Source: a virus
Length of the DNA: 64,000 bases
Direction: 5' to 3' (one strand)
Virus record (IMG/VR): IMGVR_UViG_3300031576_000013
Coordinates: 30,809-94,808 of that record
Shown here one piece after another: positions 53,185-61,735 of the stretch (its first letter is position 1; each line of letters starts with the position of its first letter). The notes under the pieces were generated by a model, which saw only the letters and a list, made by a program, of their open reading frames with translations, ran no database searches and had not been told where the DNA came from. A program made the position numbers and the translations under genes.

Positions 53185-54632
53185 CGCCTACCCAAGCACA
53201 ATATTAATACGCACAGCACAGCAAACCCGGCGAGAATCCACTTGACGACAGGCGGCATCGCGTTGGCCGCGTCATATGCCGCCACATCTGTGATGTCAAT
53301 CGAACGCACGCTTGGCGTATCGGTGGGCAAGGGGGTGACGGTATAGCCGGCCTCAACGTAAGCCTCGTAGCGCTCCCTGGTGTGATTCTCCAGCCATCTG
53401 TGTCCGTAATCGGCAAAATCATAGAGATCGAACGTAACCTTTGTCCCGTCGGGGCGCGTACCACGGCCCAAACGTTGGATCGCTTCGATGAAGCTGCGCC
53501 CCGCCGACGCGATGATCACAGATCGGATTTCAGGCGCATCGACACCCTCGTAGAAAACGCTGGATGCAACTATCGCTTTGGTTTGGCCGCCTCGTAAACG
53601 CGCGATTGCTGCATGACGAACAGCGGCGGGCGTGTGTCCATTGATCCACTCGACACGGTAATCCGGCAGCGAAGCCAGTCGCTTGGTCAGGATTTCACCG
53701 TGCAGACGTTCCTTCACAAAGATGATTGCCGGCGTGGGCGCCCGCCGCGCGATTTCGAGCAGCGCAGCATTGCGGGCTTCCGAAAATACGATAGTCGATC
53801 TGTAAAAATCGTGCCAATCTTGGAAGCCTGACGTTTGCCTTAATACCGTCCAGATCACCCTCGGCGGTACGATGTGGCCTTGTTCGACGAGCGTTTTGGC
53901 CGGGATCTCGTAGATTACAGGCCCGAGCAAGCCGACAGTTCTAACGTTTTGTTCGTCACCTCGGAGCAGTGGCGTAGCCGAAAGACCCAAACGCCAGTAC
54001 GCGTTGTAAGCCCTGGCAATTGTACGACTCGTCGTCAACCCCGGCGCTCTGTGAGCTTCGTCCACTAACAGACCTTCAGCTTCAAGTAGCAGGCGCCCCC
54101 CTTCTGGGTTCCCCGGCGATATCAAGGATTGATATGTGGCACACACAACGCGATGCTTCGTTGATTTTCGGCCGCCTCGAAATTCGCCGATTTCTTCATT
54201 CAAGAGCTGCTGCATCTTGTGAGCTGTTTGTTCGACCAAATTTGAACGGTGTACAACGTACAACCAGCGACAAGGCAACGCGGCGGCAAACCCCGTGGCG
54301 ATGATTGTTTTACCGCCACCGGTTGGTACTTTGATCAGACCGCGCGTTTTTTCGATTCCGGCTGCGACGGCGGCGTTTTGATAATTCCGCAAGTAGGGCG
54401 GCAGTTCTTTGGACGTACAAGGTATCGTACGTTCATCGATCAACGGCACTTTTAGGCTCTCTGCCATTATCTGCGCGATGCCGGATGCAAAGCCGCCATT
54501 TACGCTGCGCAGTCCGTAACCACCCTCGAGCGGTTCTTCGATCTGATCTAGAACAACGTCGATGGCGCTACGATCACCTTCTGGAAAGGTCCAAACGTTT
54601 CCCATGCGAAGGATGGTTGATGTTCGCGTCAC
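53181..54632 (-). CDS. SF2 DEAH helicase (UvsW/Rad25-like) with hydrophobic C-terminus
   Basis: LRNYQ, PTGGGKT, DEAH, SATP, EGVD.P, QRLGRGTR. Confidence 0.9.
   Translation of the reverse strand: MTRTSTILRMGNVWTFPEGDRSAIDVVLDQIEEPLEGGYGLRSVNGGFASGIAQIMAESLKVPLIDERTIPCTSKELPPYLRNYQNAAVAAGIEKTRGLIKVPTGGGKTIIATGFAAALPCRWLYVVHRSNLVEQTAHKMQQLLNEEIGEFRGGRKSTKHRVVCATYQSLISPGNPEGGRLLLEAEGLLVDEAHRAPGLTTSRTIARAYNAYWRLGLSATPLLRGDEQNVRTVGLLGPVIYEIPAKTLVEQGHIVPPRVIWTVLRQTSGFQDWHDFYRSTIVFSEARNAALLEIARRAPTPAIIFVKERLHGEILTKRLASLPDYRVEWINGHTPAAVRHAAIARLRGGQTKAIVASSVFYEGVDAPEIRSVIIASAGRSFIEAIQRLGRGTRPDGTKVTFDLYDFADYGHRWLENHTRERYEAYVEAGYTVTPLPTDTPSVRSIDITDVAAYDAANAMPPVVKWILAGFAVLCVLILCLGRR
54101..54115 (-). repeat. 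Dispersed 15-bp motif, exact copy
   Basis: Inside the SF2 helicase gene. Confidence 0.9.
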
Positions 54633-54934
54633 TATTTTTTCTCAGTTATTTTGCGGTAAAGTGTAAGAGCTTCGGACGCACCCACAGGTAAATTCATCGT
54701 TTCCAAAATCGCGCCAGCGGTTGTGCTATATTCCTCTTTCACGTACGACTGTACACTTAACCAGTTTACCCAAGCGCAACCACCGAACTTGATATATTTC
54801 AGCTTTGATTTACCTTGTTTTAACCAATGACTAACCGTAGATGGCGATAAATAGAAAAGACCACCAACGACACCTGCTCGCAAGTAACCGTTTACAGCCA
54901 TGATTTCTTCGCGACCCGGGCTTATTATTGCCAT
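54632..54934 (-). CDS. Putative HTH DNA-binding regulator (excisionase/MerR-like)
   Basis: YL......F.LSPSTVSHW.KQGK...I.FG; first gene of the leftward replication operon. Confidence 0.6.
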   Translation of the reverse strand: MAIISPGREEIMAVNGYLRAGVVGGLFYLSPSTVSHWLKQGKSKLKYIKFGGCAWVNWLSVQSYVKEEYSTTAGAILETMNLPVGASEALTLYRKITEKK

Positions 54935-54940
54935 GTTTCA

Positions 54941-54969
54941 ATCATACCAAGTCTTTGATACGCTGTCAA
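54941..54969 (-). promoter_or_regulatory. Sigma70 promoter, leaderless, for the replication operon
   Basis: TTGACA-17-TATGAT with extended TG, 6 nt before ATG 54934; no SD. Confidence 0.8.
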
Positions 54970-54991
54970 CAGTTGATCTAGACGCATTCTC

Positions 54992-55019
54992 TTGAAACGC
55001 TTGCGTTGTGGGGTAGAAT
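54992..55019 (+). promoter_or_regulatory. Sigma70 promoter, leaderless, for the terminase genes
   Basis: TTGAAA-16-TAGAAT, 6 nt before ATG 55026; no SD. Confidence 0.65.
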
Positions 55020-55025
55020 GCGGCT

Positions 55026-55841
55026 ATGAGTGAAGACCTTCCACAAAACCAGAAAAAGCTTAGAGATCGGCGCCGTTCGATAACCGGTGAGATCTACGCA
55101 AGGCTGGTCAAGGCGTATCTCAAGCAGGAGGTTCCGACGAAGGAGTCCTTGGTAGAAGCGACTGGCGTGGCAACAACCGTGGCCAAACGCGCGATGCGTA
55201 TCGGTTGGCCGGAATTGGGGCTGCCCCCGCTGTCCATGGCGACGCAGCAGCTTGCCAACATCGAGGAAGTCAACCGGCTGATGTCCAAGATGGTCGTGGA
55301 TAAGCAAGAGATCGTAAAGACGTTGTTCGATGGGATTTCCAAGTCGGTTCCGGCACCTGGTCCCGACGACGTCAACGCCGTTGCCGAGGAAGCCAGTAGA
55401 CGCGCCGCCGAAAGCGCGATGGCGGCCCGCAGGCAGATGGCCTCCGCTGGCAAGGCAGCGCAGGCGGTCGAAGCATTGGCCGATGCGTTTTTAGCCAAAA
55501 TTGAAAAAGGCGAGTGGGAGATTCCGGAGAAGATTCGTCCCGAACACGTCTTTTTGCTCTCGAAGGCCGCCGACACCATCGCGGGCGCGGTGCATAAAGC
55601 GACGCAAACCGAACGGCTGCGCGCTGGTCAGCCTGAGCAGATCGTCGGTGCACATATCACAAGCCTAATTGTCGGCGCGACGCCTGAAGAGCTGCGTTTC
55701 ATCGCTGAGCACGGAACGTTGCCACCGCGATTGATGGGTGTCAGTGGTCAGATAACGTCGCTACCTGTAATCGACGTCGATGCAACAGTGCCATCGGAAA
55801 ATGCTGATGACGCTTTAGAGGCTTTGCCCGATGAAAAGTGA
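55026..55841 (+). CDS. Probable terminase small subunit
   Basis: N-terminal HTH-like segment, helical body; overlaps the terminase large subunit start. Confidence 0.6.
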   Translation: MSEDLPQNQKKLRDRRRSITGEIYARLVKAYLKQEVPTKESLVEATGVATTVAKRAMRIGWPELGLPPLSMATQQLANIEEVNRLMSKMVVDKQEIVKTLFDGISKSVPAPGPDDVNAVAEEASRRAAESAMAARRQMASAGKAAQAVEALADAFLAKIEKGEWEIPEKIRPEHVFLLSKAADTIAGAVHKATQTERLRAGQPEQIVGAHITSLIVGATPEELRFIAEHGTLPPRLMGVSGQITSLPVIDVDATVPSENADDALEALPDEK

Positions 55842-57492
55842 CACGGGGAACCCAGAAGAGGGGCAGCCGTTGGGCGCCGAAAGCGAGGGCGCGAAGGCGG
55901 TTAATTCGAACAAACGCAAGAAAATGATCGACGCAGCAGCGGCTGCAAAGGCCGAGGAAGTTTGGACAAGTACAGCGCTCAAGACGATGGCGGAAGGGAA
56001 ACGCCATGCGATCAGACATACGCGCGATCGATCGCAACTGGAAGCCATTGCGGTCGCGAAGCTGGTTGAGCAGATCCGCGAAGCTCAGAAAGATCCCGTC
56101 GCATTCGTAGAATTTGCGATGCGTACACCTCGCGGGGATCGATTGGCACTCGCGCCGTTTCACAAGGAGTGGTTACGCGCGATGCATTCTAAATCGCGTG
56201 TAATCATCGAAGCGCCTCGAGGTCATGGAAAAACTAGCTGCGTAATTGGATACGCGTTATTTGCGCTCGGCGCAAATTCAAACCTCAGAATAAAATTTGT
56301 TTGCCAGAACGACGCGAGAGCGAAGGAACGCTTGTTCGAGTTCAGAACGAATTTAGAGTCCAATCCCGCATTGAAAATGGTGTTTCCGAATCTTAAACAG
56401 GCCGATGTTGGCGACTGGACGAAGACGAAATTGTACGTGGAGCGCGAAGCGCGAACCCGCGATCCTTCGTTCGAGGCTATTGGGATTCTCAGCTCCGTCA
56501 CTGGCAGCCGTCCGGATCTGGTGATCTGCGATGACATCGCCGATCTGCGTAACGCAATTTTGTACCCGGCGCTTCGTGAGGACGTGAAGCAGAAGTTTTT
56601 CGGCGAACTCGAACCCGCGATGGAGGTCGACGGGCGAATTATCGCGATTTGTACTCCGTATCACGCTGCCGACATCAACGCGGTCTTGAAAGCGAATTCA
56701 GAATGGACTTACGTGCGGCATGTGGTTGGCGATGCGTCGGATCCGTTCAAGCCGTTGTGGCCGGAACATTGGTCCCGCGATAAGCTCGAAGGTATGCGAC
56801 GTAGAGTCGGTTCTGTCGAGTTTGCACGAGCGTATCAATGTGTCGCGTTGTCGGGTGACGTTGTTCCGTGTCGACCCGAATGGATTAAGTACTATGACAA
56901 GGAGCTGCTCGGCGACCCAAACGCCTTGATTTGCGTTCAAGGCTACGACCTCGCGATTTCACAAGCGACATCGGCTGATTATTTCGCGTGCGTTACGCTG
57001 CTTTATTCGACAGAAAAGAATCTGGTGTTCGTCGCCGATGCTTTCAAAGGCCGTTTGTCTTTTGCAGACCAAGGAATGACGGTCATCAATAATGCTCAGC
57101 GATGGCGGCCAGATAAGATCTCGATTGAAAGCGTGGGCCTCGGAGGGGCGCTTGAAAACTTCCTGCGTGAGCGTGCGCCTGTACCGCTGCCCTTATTTCC
57201 ATATCGACCTCGGGGCGACAAGCAACGTAGGTTCTTGGAGACCACACCGCTTTTCGAAGATGGCCGCGTGTTCTTTCATCCGAACCTGGATCCCCAACGG
57301 AACGTCCTGATAGCGGATCGCGGCGATCTGATTAGCGAACTACTGGAATTCCCGTTGAGCAAACACGACGACATGGTCGACGCTTTTACGTGTGCGGTCC
57401 AAGCCCTCTCCGAGTTCAGGGTAGCCGAACCCGAAGAGGGCTGGACTCAAGGTGAAAGTACCCGAGTACGACTATCCGTCCTCGGCAGCTGA
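55831..57492 (+). CDS. terL: Terminase large subunit
   Basis: APRGHGKT, VICDD, TPYH..D, LWPE, YDLA, DYFA, HDDMVDA. Confidence 0.93.
   Translation: MKSDTGNPEEGQPLGAESEGAKAVNSNKRKKMIDAAAAAKAEEVWTSTALKTMAEGKRHAIRHTRDRSQLEAIAVAKLVEQIREAQKDPVAFVEFAMRTPRGDRLALAPFHKEWLRAMHSKSRVIIEAPRGHGKTSCVIGYALFALGANSNLRIKFVCQNDARAKERLFEFRTNLESNPALKMVFPNLKQADVGDWTKTKLYVEREARTRDPSFEAIGILSSVTGSRPDLVICDDIADLRNAILYPALREDVKQKFFGELEPAMEVDGRIIAICTPYHAADINAVLKANSEWTYVRHVVGDASDPFKPLWPEHWSRDKLEGMRRRVGSVEFARAYQCVALSGDVVPCRPEWIKYYDKELLGDPNALICVQGYDLAISQATSADYFACVTLLYSTEKNLVFVADAFKGRLSFADQGMTVINNAQRWRPDKISIESVGLGGALENFLRERAPVPLPLFPYRPRGDKQRRFLETTPLFEDGRVFFHPNLDPQRNVLIADRGDLISELLEFPLSKHDDMVDAFTCAVQALSEFRVAEPEEGWTQGESTRVRLSVLGS
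55844..55858 (+). repeat. Dispersed 15-bp motif, exact copy
   Basis: 5' end of terL; the match to the 10331 copy extends to CGGGGAACCCAGAAGAGGGG. Confidence 0.9.
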
Positions 57493-57702
57493 AGCACCGT
57501 TTAATATCAGCATTTCCGCGTTGAGGTCAGCGCGAGCGTCAGGGTATATAAGTAATAGCTCCTCGATCGCCCATTTCAGAGCAGATGCCTCTGCACGGTC
57601 ATAAGTAAGCTCCTTTCCGGTGGCTTCACCCGCCTCGATACGCGCTAGGAGAAACTGGCGTCGCCGTTCTAGTCGCGATATTCGACGCGCATGTAACCGC
57701 AT
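57472..57702 (-). CDS. Hypothetical protein
   Basis: L..RI......YDRAE.SALKWA helical phage-type ORF. Confidence 0.55.
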   Translation of the reverse strand: MRLHARRISRLERRRQFLLARIEAGEATGKELTYDRAEASALKWAIEELLLIYPDARADLNAEMLILNGASAAEDG

Positions 57703-57707
57703 GGCGG

Positions 57708-58187
57708 TTACGCCGCTTTCGGCGGCTTCGTCCGTACGTGGGTCTTCGGTATCACAATCGTAGTATCAGCGAACGTTAAGGTGACGAACTTCCCTGAAGC
57801 GGACGTTTCTGAGTACTTGAGCTCCGCGTTTTTCGGGATCAAACCAACATACTTGTTGGCGTGCTTGGGTTTGATCCACACCAAAGCACCAGGTACAAAG
57901 GGTACCTTTTTCGATGTCGCAGGCTTTGCTTTCGGCAGGGCGTAGCCCGTCTCGAAAAGCGCCGATAGCAAACCGACGATTGCGCCTCGGTGCTTTTCGG
58001 CCTCCTGAGCGTGGTCGAAAAGCTGCGTCAGCGTTGCTTTGTTCGATGCATCCGACTCATTTGCCGACCACCGTTCGAACTTCTTCTTCAGAGCTGCCAG
58101 ACCGTTGATCTTGCCTACGCGCTTCAGCAGTTTCTCGGTTGGTGATGGCTTTATTGCGATCTTCTTTGTCTTTGATCCGCTTGACAT
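57708..58187 (-). CDS. Basic hypothetical protein with SH3/KOW-like C-terminus
   Basis: SD AAGGGA; Lys-rich; FVPGALVWIK. Confidence 0.6.
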   Translation of the reverse strand: MSSGSKTKKIAIKPSPTEKLLKRVGKINGLAALKKKFERWSANESDASNKATLTQLFDHAQEAEKHRGAIVGLLSALFETGYALPKAKPATSKKVPFVPGALVWIKPKHANKYVGLIPKNAELKYSETSASGKFVTLTFADTTIVIPKTHVRTKPPKAA

Positions 58188-58473
58188 GATGTTCCCTTTC
58201 TTCCTTGACTTGACCTGATTTACACGAAATGTGAACCGGCAGAAACCCTCTCCGGCTCGTTATGAAATAAGCTTCGTCAGGCGATTTTATTGATTTATTA
58301 CACACTACGCAAACGGGAAAAGCTTTTCGCTCCTCGATGCAATCGAAATGCCCGCAATTATCTTTGCAGGGAAAACGATCACCACAGTCGTCGCAGACTT
58401 CGAAGCTGCGCTTCTTTATCCAGGTGTTATGTCGGCAATCAACCATTTTATTTGGCGCCCTCTTTGATTGCAA
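58057..58473 (-). CDS. Cys-rich zinc-binding protein
   Basis: C.H, CDDC, C.H.DC, CVVC, H..C; tail overlaps the next ORF. Confidence 0.5.
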   Translation of the reverse strand: MQSKRAPNKMVDCRHNTWIKKRSFEVCDDCGDRFPCKDNCGHFDCIEERKAFPVCVVCNKSIKSPDEAYFITSRRGFLPVHISCKSGQVKEEREHHVKRIKDKEDRNKAITNRETAEARRQDQRSGSSEEEVRTVVGK

Positions 58474-58486
58474 CCGGTTGACACAC

Positions 58487-58828
58487 CTACGGCACTCCCG
58501 CGAGGCGTAACTCTTTCCAATTGAACGCGCTCACGCCAGCGGCTTTTGCCAAGGCAATAGTGAGGCCGCAATCGCGCGCTGTCTCAACGACCTTGAAACT
58601 GTCGTTGCCACCGAAGAGCTTGAGCTTGCGGTGCGTCTCGGCCAGTCCGCGCGAAAGGCCACAGATCCACGCATCCTTCGGATCTTGTAGACGTTTCTTG
58701 TTCCGTCTCGGCTTGAGCCGCCCAATATTCAGCTTTCCGGCGATGCAATCATCAAGCCGGTAAGCGTGAATAGTAGCGCCGTTGTAGTCGCTGGCTACTA
58801 CCGAGGCGGCGCGCACTCCTCTTTTCAA
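58487..58828 (-). CDS. Hypothetical protein
   Basis: ORF in local gene direction; start uncertain. Confidence 0.45.
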   Translation of the reverse strand: MKRGVRAASVVASDYNGATIHAYRLDDCIAGKLNIGRLKPRRNKKRLQDPKDAWICGLSRGLAETHRKLKLFGGNDSFKVVETARDCGLTIALAKAAGVSAFNWKELRLAGVP

Positions 58829-58939
58829 ACTCGCTATTCATTCAAAACCTCCGTGGGTTGTGTCAACCGGATAAGCATGTTTGATTGTATCGATAATGGC
58901 GTTATAACTTCTTAGCGAGGTTGAGCGCCGAGGGGCGGA

Positions 58940-59326
58940 TTATGTCACGGGTCCATGGATCGCCGCCTTCAACTCAGCGAGCAGCGTGTCTTCGAGTTCG
59001 TTTCCGTGTCCAATCACAAGTCCGTCGCGCACCGTCAGCATCGCGGCGGGCCATCCATCACGCTCGATGTAGGCATGGAATGGCGGCACCTCGACGCCGA
59101 CCGAGCACTTCGTCGGCGTTCCGTGTCCGTTGACGGCGACGAGCCAGCGATCGCCGAGACGGTGTTCCCAGCAGCCTACAAATCTGGCCAGTGGAGCGGC
59201 TCCGAGCGCGATGGTAAGATCCGCGATGAGCGCGTACGCTTCTGAGACCGACGGGCGGATCATTTGGTGACTCCACGGATCGCCGCTTTCAACGTGTCGA
59301 TCAACGAGTCTTCGTCGCTCAGCCAC
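58940..59326 (-). CDS. Hypothetical protein
   Basis: W.VAVNGH...VPPFH.YI...GWPA; plausible globular phage protein. Confidence 0.55.
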   Translation of the reverse strand: MAERRRLVDRHVESGDPWSHQMIRPSVSEAYALIADLTIALGAAPLARFVGCWEHRLGDRWLVAVNGHGTPTKCSVGVEVPPFHAYIERDGWPAAMLTVRDGLVIGHGNELEDTLLAELKAAIHGPVT

Positions 59327-59524
59327 TTTAGCCGTAGTGTGCCGTCGTCAGATTTGGACAGCCGTACCCTCTTGGTGCCTGCGGGAACACCGCCGAGAGT
59401 CTATTCGTGCGAGTACGTCTCCGACATCTCGACGCCGTCGAAGAACACCCGTATCTTTGGGTCTTCCTGTTTGTCTTTCATGCGCCACCTTTCGGCTTCA
59501 CGGTCACCGTCTTGATGCGAGTGC

Positions 59525-59758
59525 TCACGCGTCACCAAGCGCATCGTGCGCCATGACCACCGGGCACTTCAGGGTGTGGCCGCCGCGCCCTCCGCAGGCG
59601 CGGCACACCTGCCCCGGCTCGACATGGATGTCACCGGTCAAGGAAATCCGGTACAGGGCGGCGCGCAGGCGACCTATCTCGTCGCCCATGCACGCTTGAC
59701 ACAGGTGCGGTCGCTTGCTGTAGAGGTAGCCGTGTGGGCAGTCGCGCGTGGCGGTCAT
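59525..59758 (-). CDS. Small Cys/His-rich protein
   Basis: CPHG..C.AC and CRAC...H..KC; ATGA coupling at 59755-59758. Confidence 0.5.
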   Translation of the reverse strand: MTATRDCPHGYLYSKRPHLCQACMGDEIGRLRAALYRISLTGDIHVEPGQVCRACGGRGGHTLKCPVVMAHDALGDA

Positions 59759-60389
59759 TTCGTGCCCTTCCGATTCAAAGCATCCACCACAAGCTGCAAA
59801 GCACGACAAGCTGGAAACTGGTACTTCCCGCCGCCCCGGCCGCAGACACAGGAACTAGCTACCTGCATACCGCCACTAGGATGCGCACCCCTCACCAGCT
59901 CCATTAACACCTCCAAATCCCCCAAATCGGAATCGGATTTTACCAAATCTCTTAACACTCTTGGAACATAGGTCATCGCGCGCCCTTCCGGTGCTCGCCG
60001 CGGCGGGGTGCGCCGCCCACCTTCGCTTCAAGCTCGGCGCGGGTCATGCGTGCTTGAGCGCCTTTTCCAGCGCTTCCTCCGCAGTCCAGCCGGACCACCA
60101 TCGTCGTTGACGCCCCACCTTCGCGCACCAGATGCGCCCGACGTTCGCGCGGTCGATGACCTTGCGCATGGAGATGCCGGCCGATATGGCGTCCGGCCAG
60201 TAGGTCGTCGCGCTGAACTTCTGCACCCACACCGAATGATGCTCCCTGGCAGCAAGCTCGAATGGGCTCATGCTACGCTCACTTTCGCCATGACCTCCCC
60301 AGCGCGGTCGGTCATCATGCAGTCCACGCACGCGAAGTCCTTGTTGCTGGGGCCAACGTGGTCACCGCAGCGGCAAACACAGCCGTTGA

Positions 60390-60821
60390 TCACCGCAGGG
60401 GCTCCTTCGGCAAGAATGCTTGCCACGCACGATGATCGATGCTCGTGGCGATTCGCATACGAATATCAGCGGCGAACGCACCGGCCATTTCCATGCCTGG
60501 TAGATCAACGGTAGCGGAGGCTTCCTCGCGCAGCATCGCAGCAATCGCCTCGGCGGCTTCCTTGCGGCCCTCCTCACGTACCTGATAAGAATCAGGAGGT
60601 GGTTTTGCCCATCCAATAGCGGATCGCTGTAACTCGTCCAAATCCCCGGTCGCCATGACCGCCACGCGATCGCCAGGCGTGAAGTCGCCGCCGGTCCATC
60701 GTGCGAAATAGCCAAGAGGACCATCTTTACTTACCGTTGCATCAATGCGTTTCATGTGGCATCTCCCTTCGTCATCGCAGCACCATCGTCGCATACGCGC
60801 TCGGTCCACAGCGGTGCCCAC
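60390..60821 (-). CDS. Hypothetical protein
   Basis: In gene direction; probable start at MKRIDA. Confidence 0.45.
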   Translation of the reverse strand: MGTAVDRARMRRWCCDDEGRCHMKRIDATVSKDGPLGYFARWTGGDFTPGDRVAVMATGDLDELQRSAIGWAKPPPDSYQVREEGRKEAAEAIAAMLREEASATVDLPGMEMAGAFAADIRMRIATSIDHRAWQAFLPKEPLR

Positions 60822-61149
60822 GGTATCGGCTCAGGGCGCCCTCGACGGTCCCGCACAGGCGCAGCGCGCGGCGCAAAAGCAGCACACCGCAGGCCACGTT
60901 TCCTGCCGTGGTCCTGATGTCGATGTCGCGGCACCACCGGGCCGGGTCGGCGGTGGGCGTGGGCATGAGCCCCATAACACCGAAGGCCCCCGTGCGCGGG
61001 TTCACGGCGTCTGGCCTGTAGCTCGACTCGTGCCACGCGACGGCAGCGACCAGCGCGGCATCGGCGCCGGCTTCCTCGGCGAGCACAGGAGCCAGCGCCT
61101 CGGCGCGGGTGCGGCACGGCCTCCGGCAGTCGGGGCCGGCGAGTTCGAT
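60772..61149 (-). CDS. Lytic transglycosylase (SLT-like), separated from its N-terminus by an HNH insertion
   Basis: AVAWHESSYRPDAVN..GAFGVMGLMP...NV..G..LL...AL.RY; frame open upstream to IELAGPDC. Confidence 0.7.
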   Translation of the reverse strand: MELAGPDCRRPCRTRAEALAPVLAEEAGADAALVAAVAWHESSYRPDAVNPRTGAFGVMGLMPTPTADPARWCRDIDIRTTAGNVACGVLLLRRALRLCGTVEGALSRYRGHRCGPSAYATMVLR

Positions 61150-61174
61150 AAGTAGGGAATGGCCGCGATGAGAG

Positions 61175-61696
61175 TCACCGAAGCCTCAAAGGAGTGTGCA
61201 GTGTTTTCTCTACAGACCAGCCGGCGCGCCGACGACCGCGCAAGGTGCCATATTTAATACCGAGTCGGCCGGCGGCTTCCCGTAGAGATACGCGGTGTCC
61301 CTCCATGATTATACCAAGGGACCGGCGCGTGTTGAGCAGTTGCTCGCTTTGCGAAGCCCAGCGACAGTTTGCAGGATCATAGGGGCCATCATTATTTCTG
61401 CGCTCCAGTGTTAAGCCCAATGGTCGTGGCCCCATATCTGCCAGGAAATTAGCGAATGCCAACCAACGTTCGCAAACCGTGATCCCACGTCCGCCATAAT
61501 ACCAATAGCGCGAATTGGCGGGATTGGTGCAACGTTGCACCATAGCACTCCACAAGCGATATTCCTTGGTGTGGGACGCGTTGTGACTGAGACTCGTGTA
61601 TGCGCCACACGCGCGGCTACAAAAGACGCGCTCACCGCTGCCGTGTTTGCGGCGCTGAAATGCCGCGCCACAGTAGCTACACGTAAAGTGGTACAT
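61175..61696 (-). CDS. HNH homing endonuclease (YGGRGI type)
   Basis: W.AM.QRC.NP...YGGRGITVCERW..F.NF..DMG.RP...LER.NND..Y...NCRWA...Q..N. Confidence 0.9.
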   Translation of the reverse strand: MYHFTCSYCGAAFQRRKHGSGERVFCSRACGAYTSLSHNASHTKEYRLWSAMVQRCTNPANSRYWYYGGRGITVCERWLAFANFLADMGPRPLGLTLERRNNDGPYDPANCRWASQSEQLLNTRRSLGIIMEGHRVSLREAAGRLGIKYGTLRGRRRAGWSVEKTLHTPLRLR

Positions 61697-61735
61697 CCGA
61701 TGTCCTTTTGATGGCGGCGGCGAGCAGAGCGGCGG

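Noticed and set aside
61150-61709. Group I intron around the HNH gene
   Set aside because: Flanks of 13 and 25 nt cannot hold a ribozyme core, and no U/G splice boundaries restoring the frame were evident.
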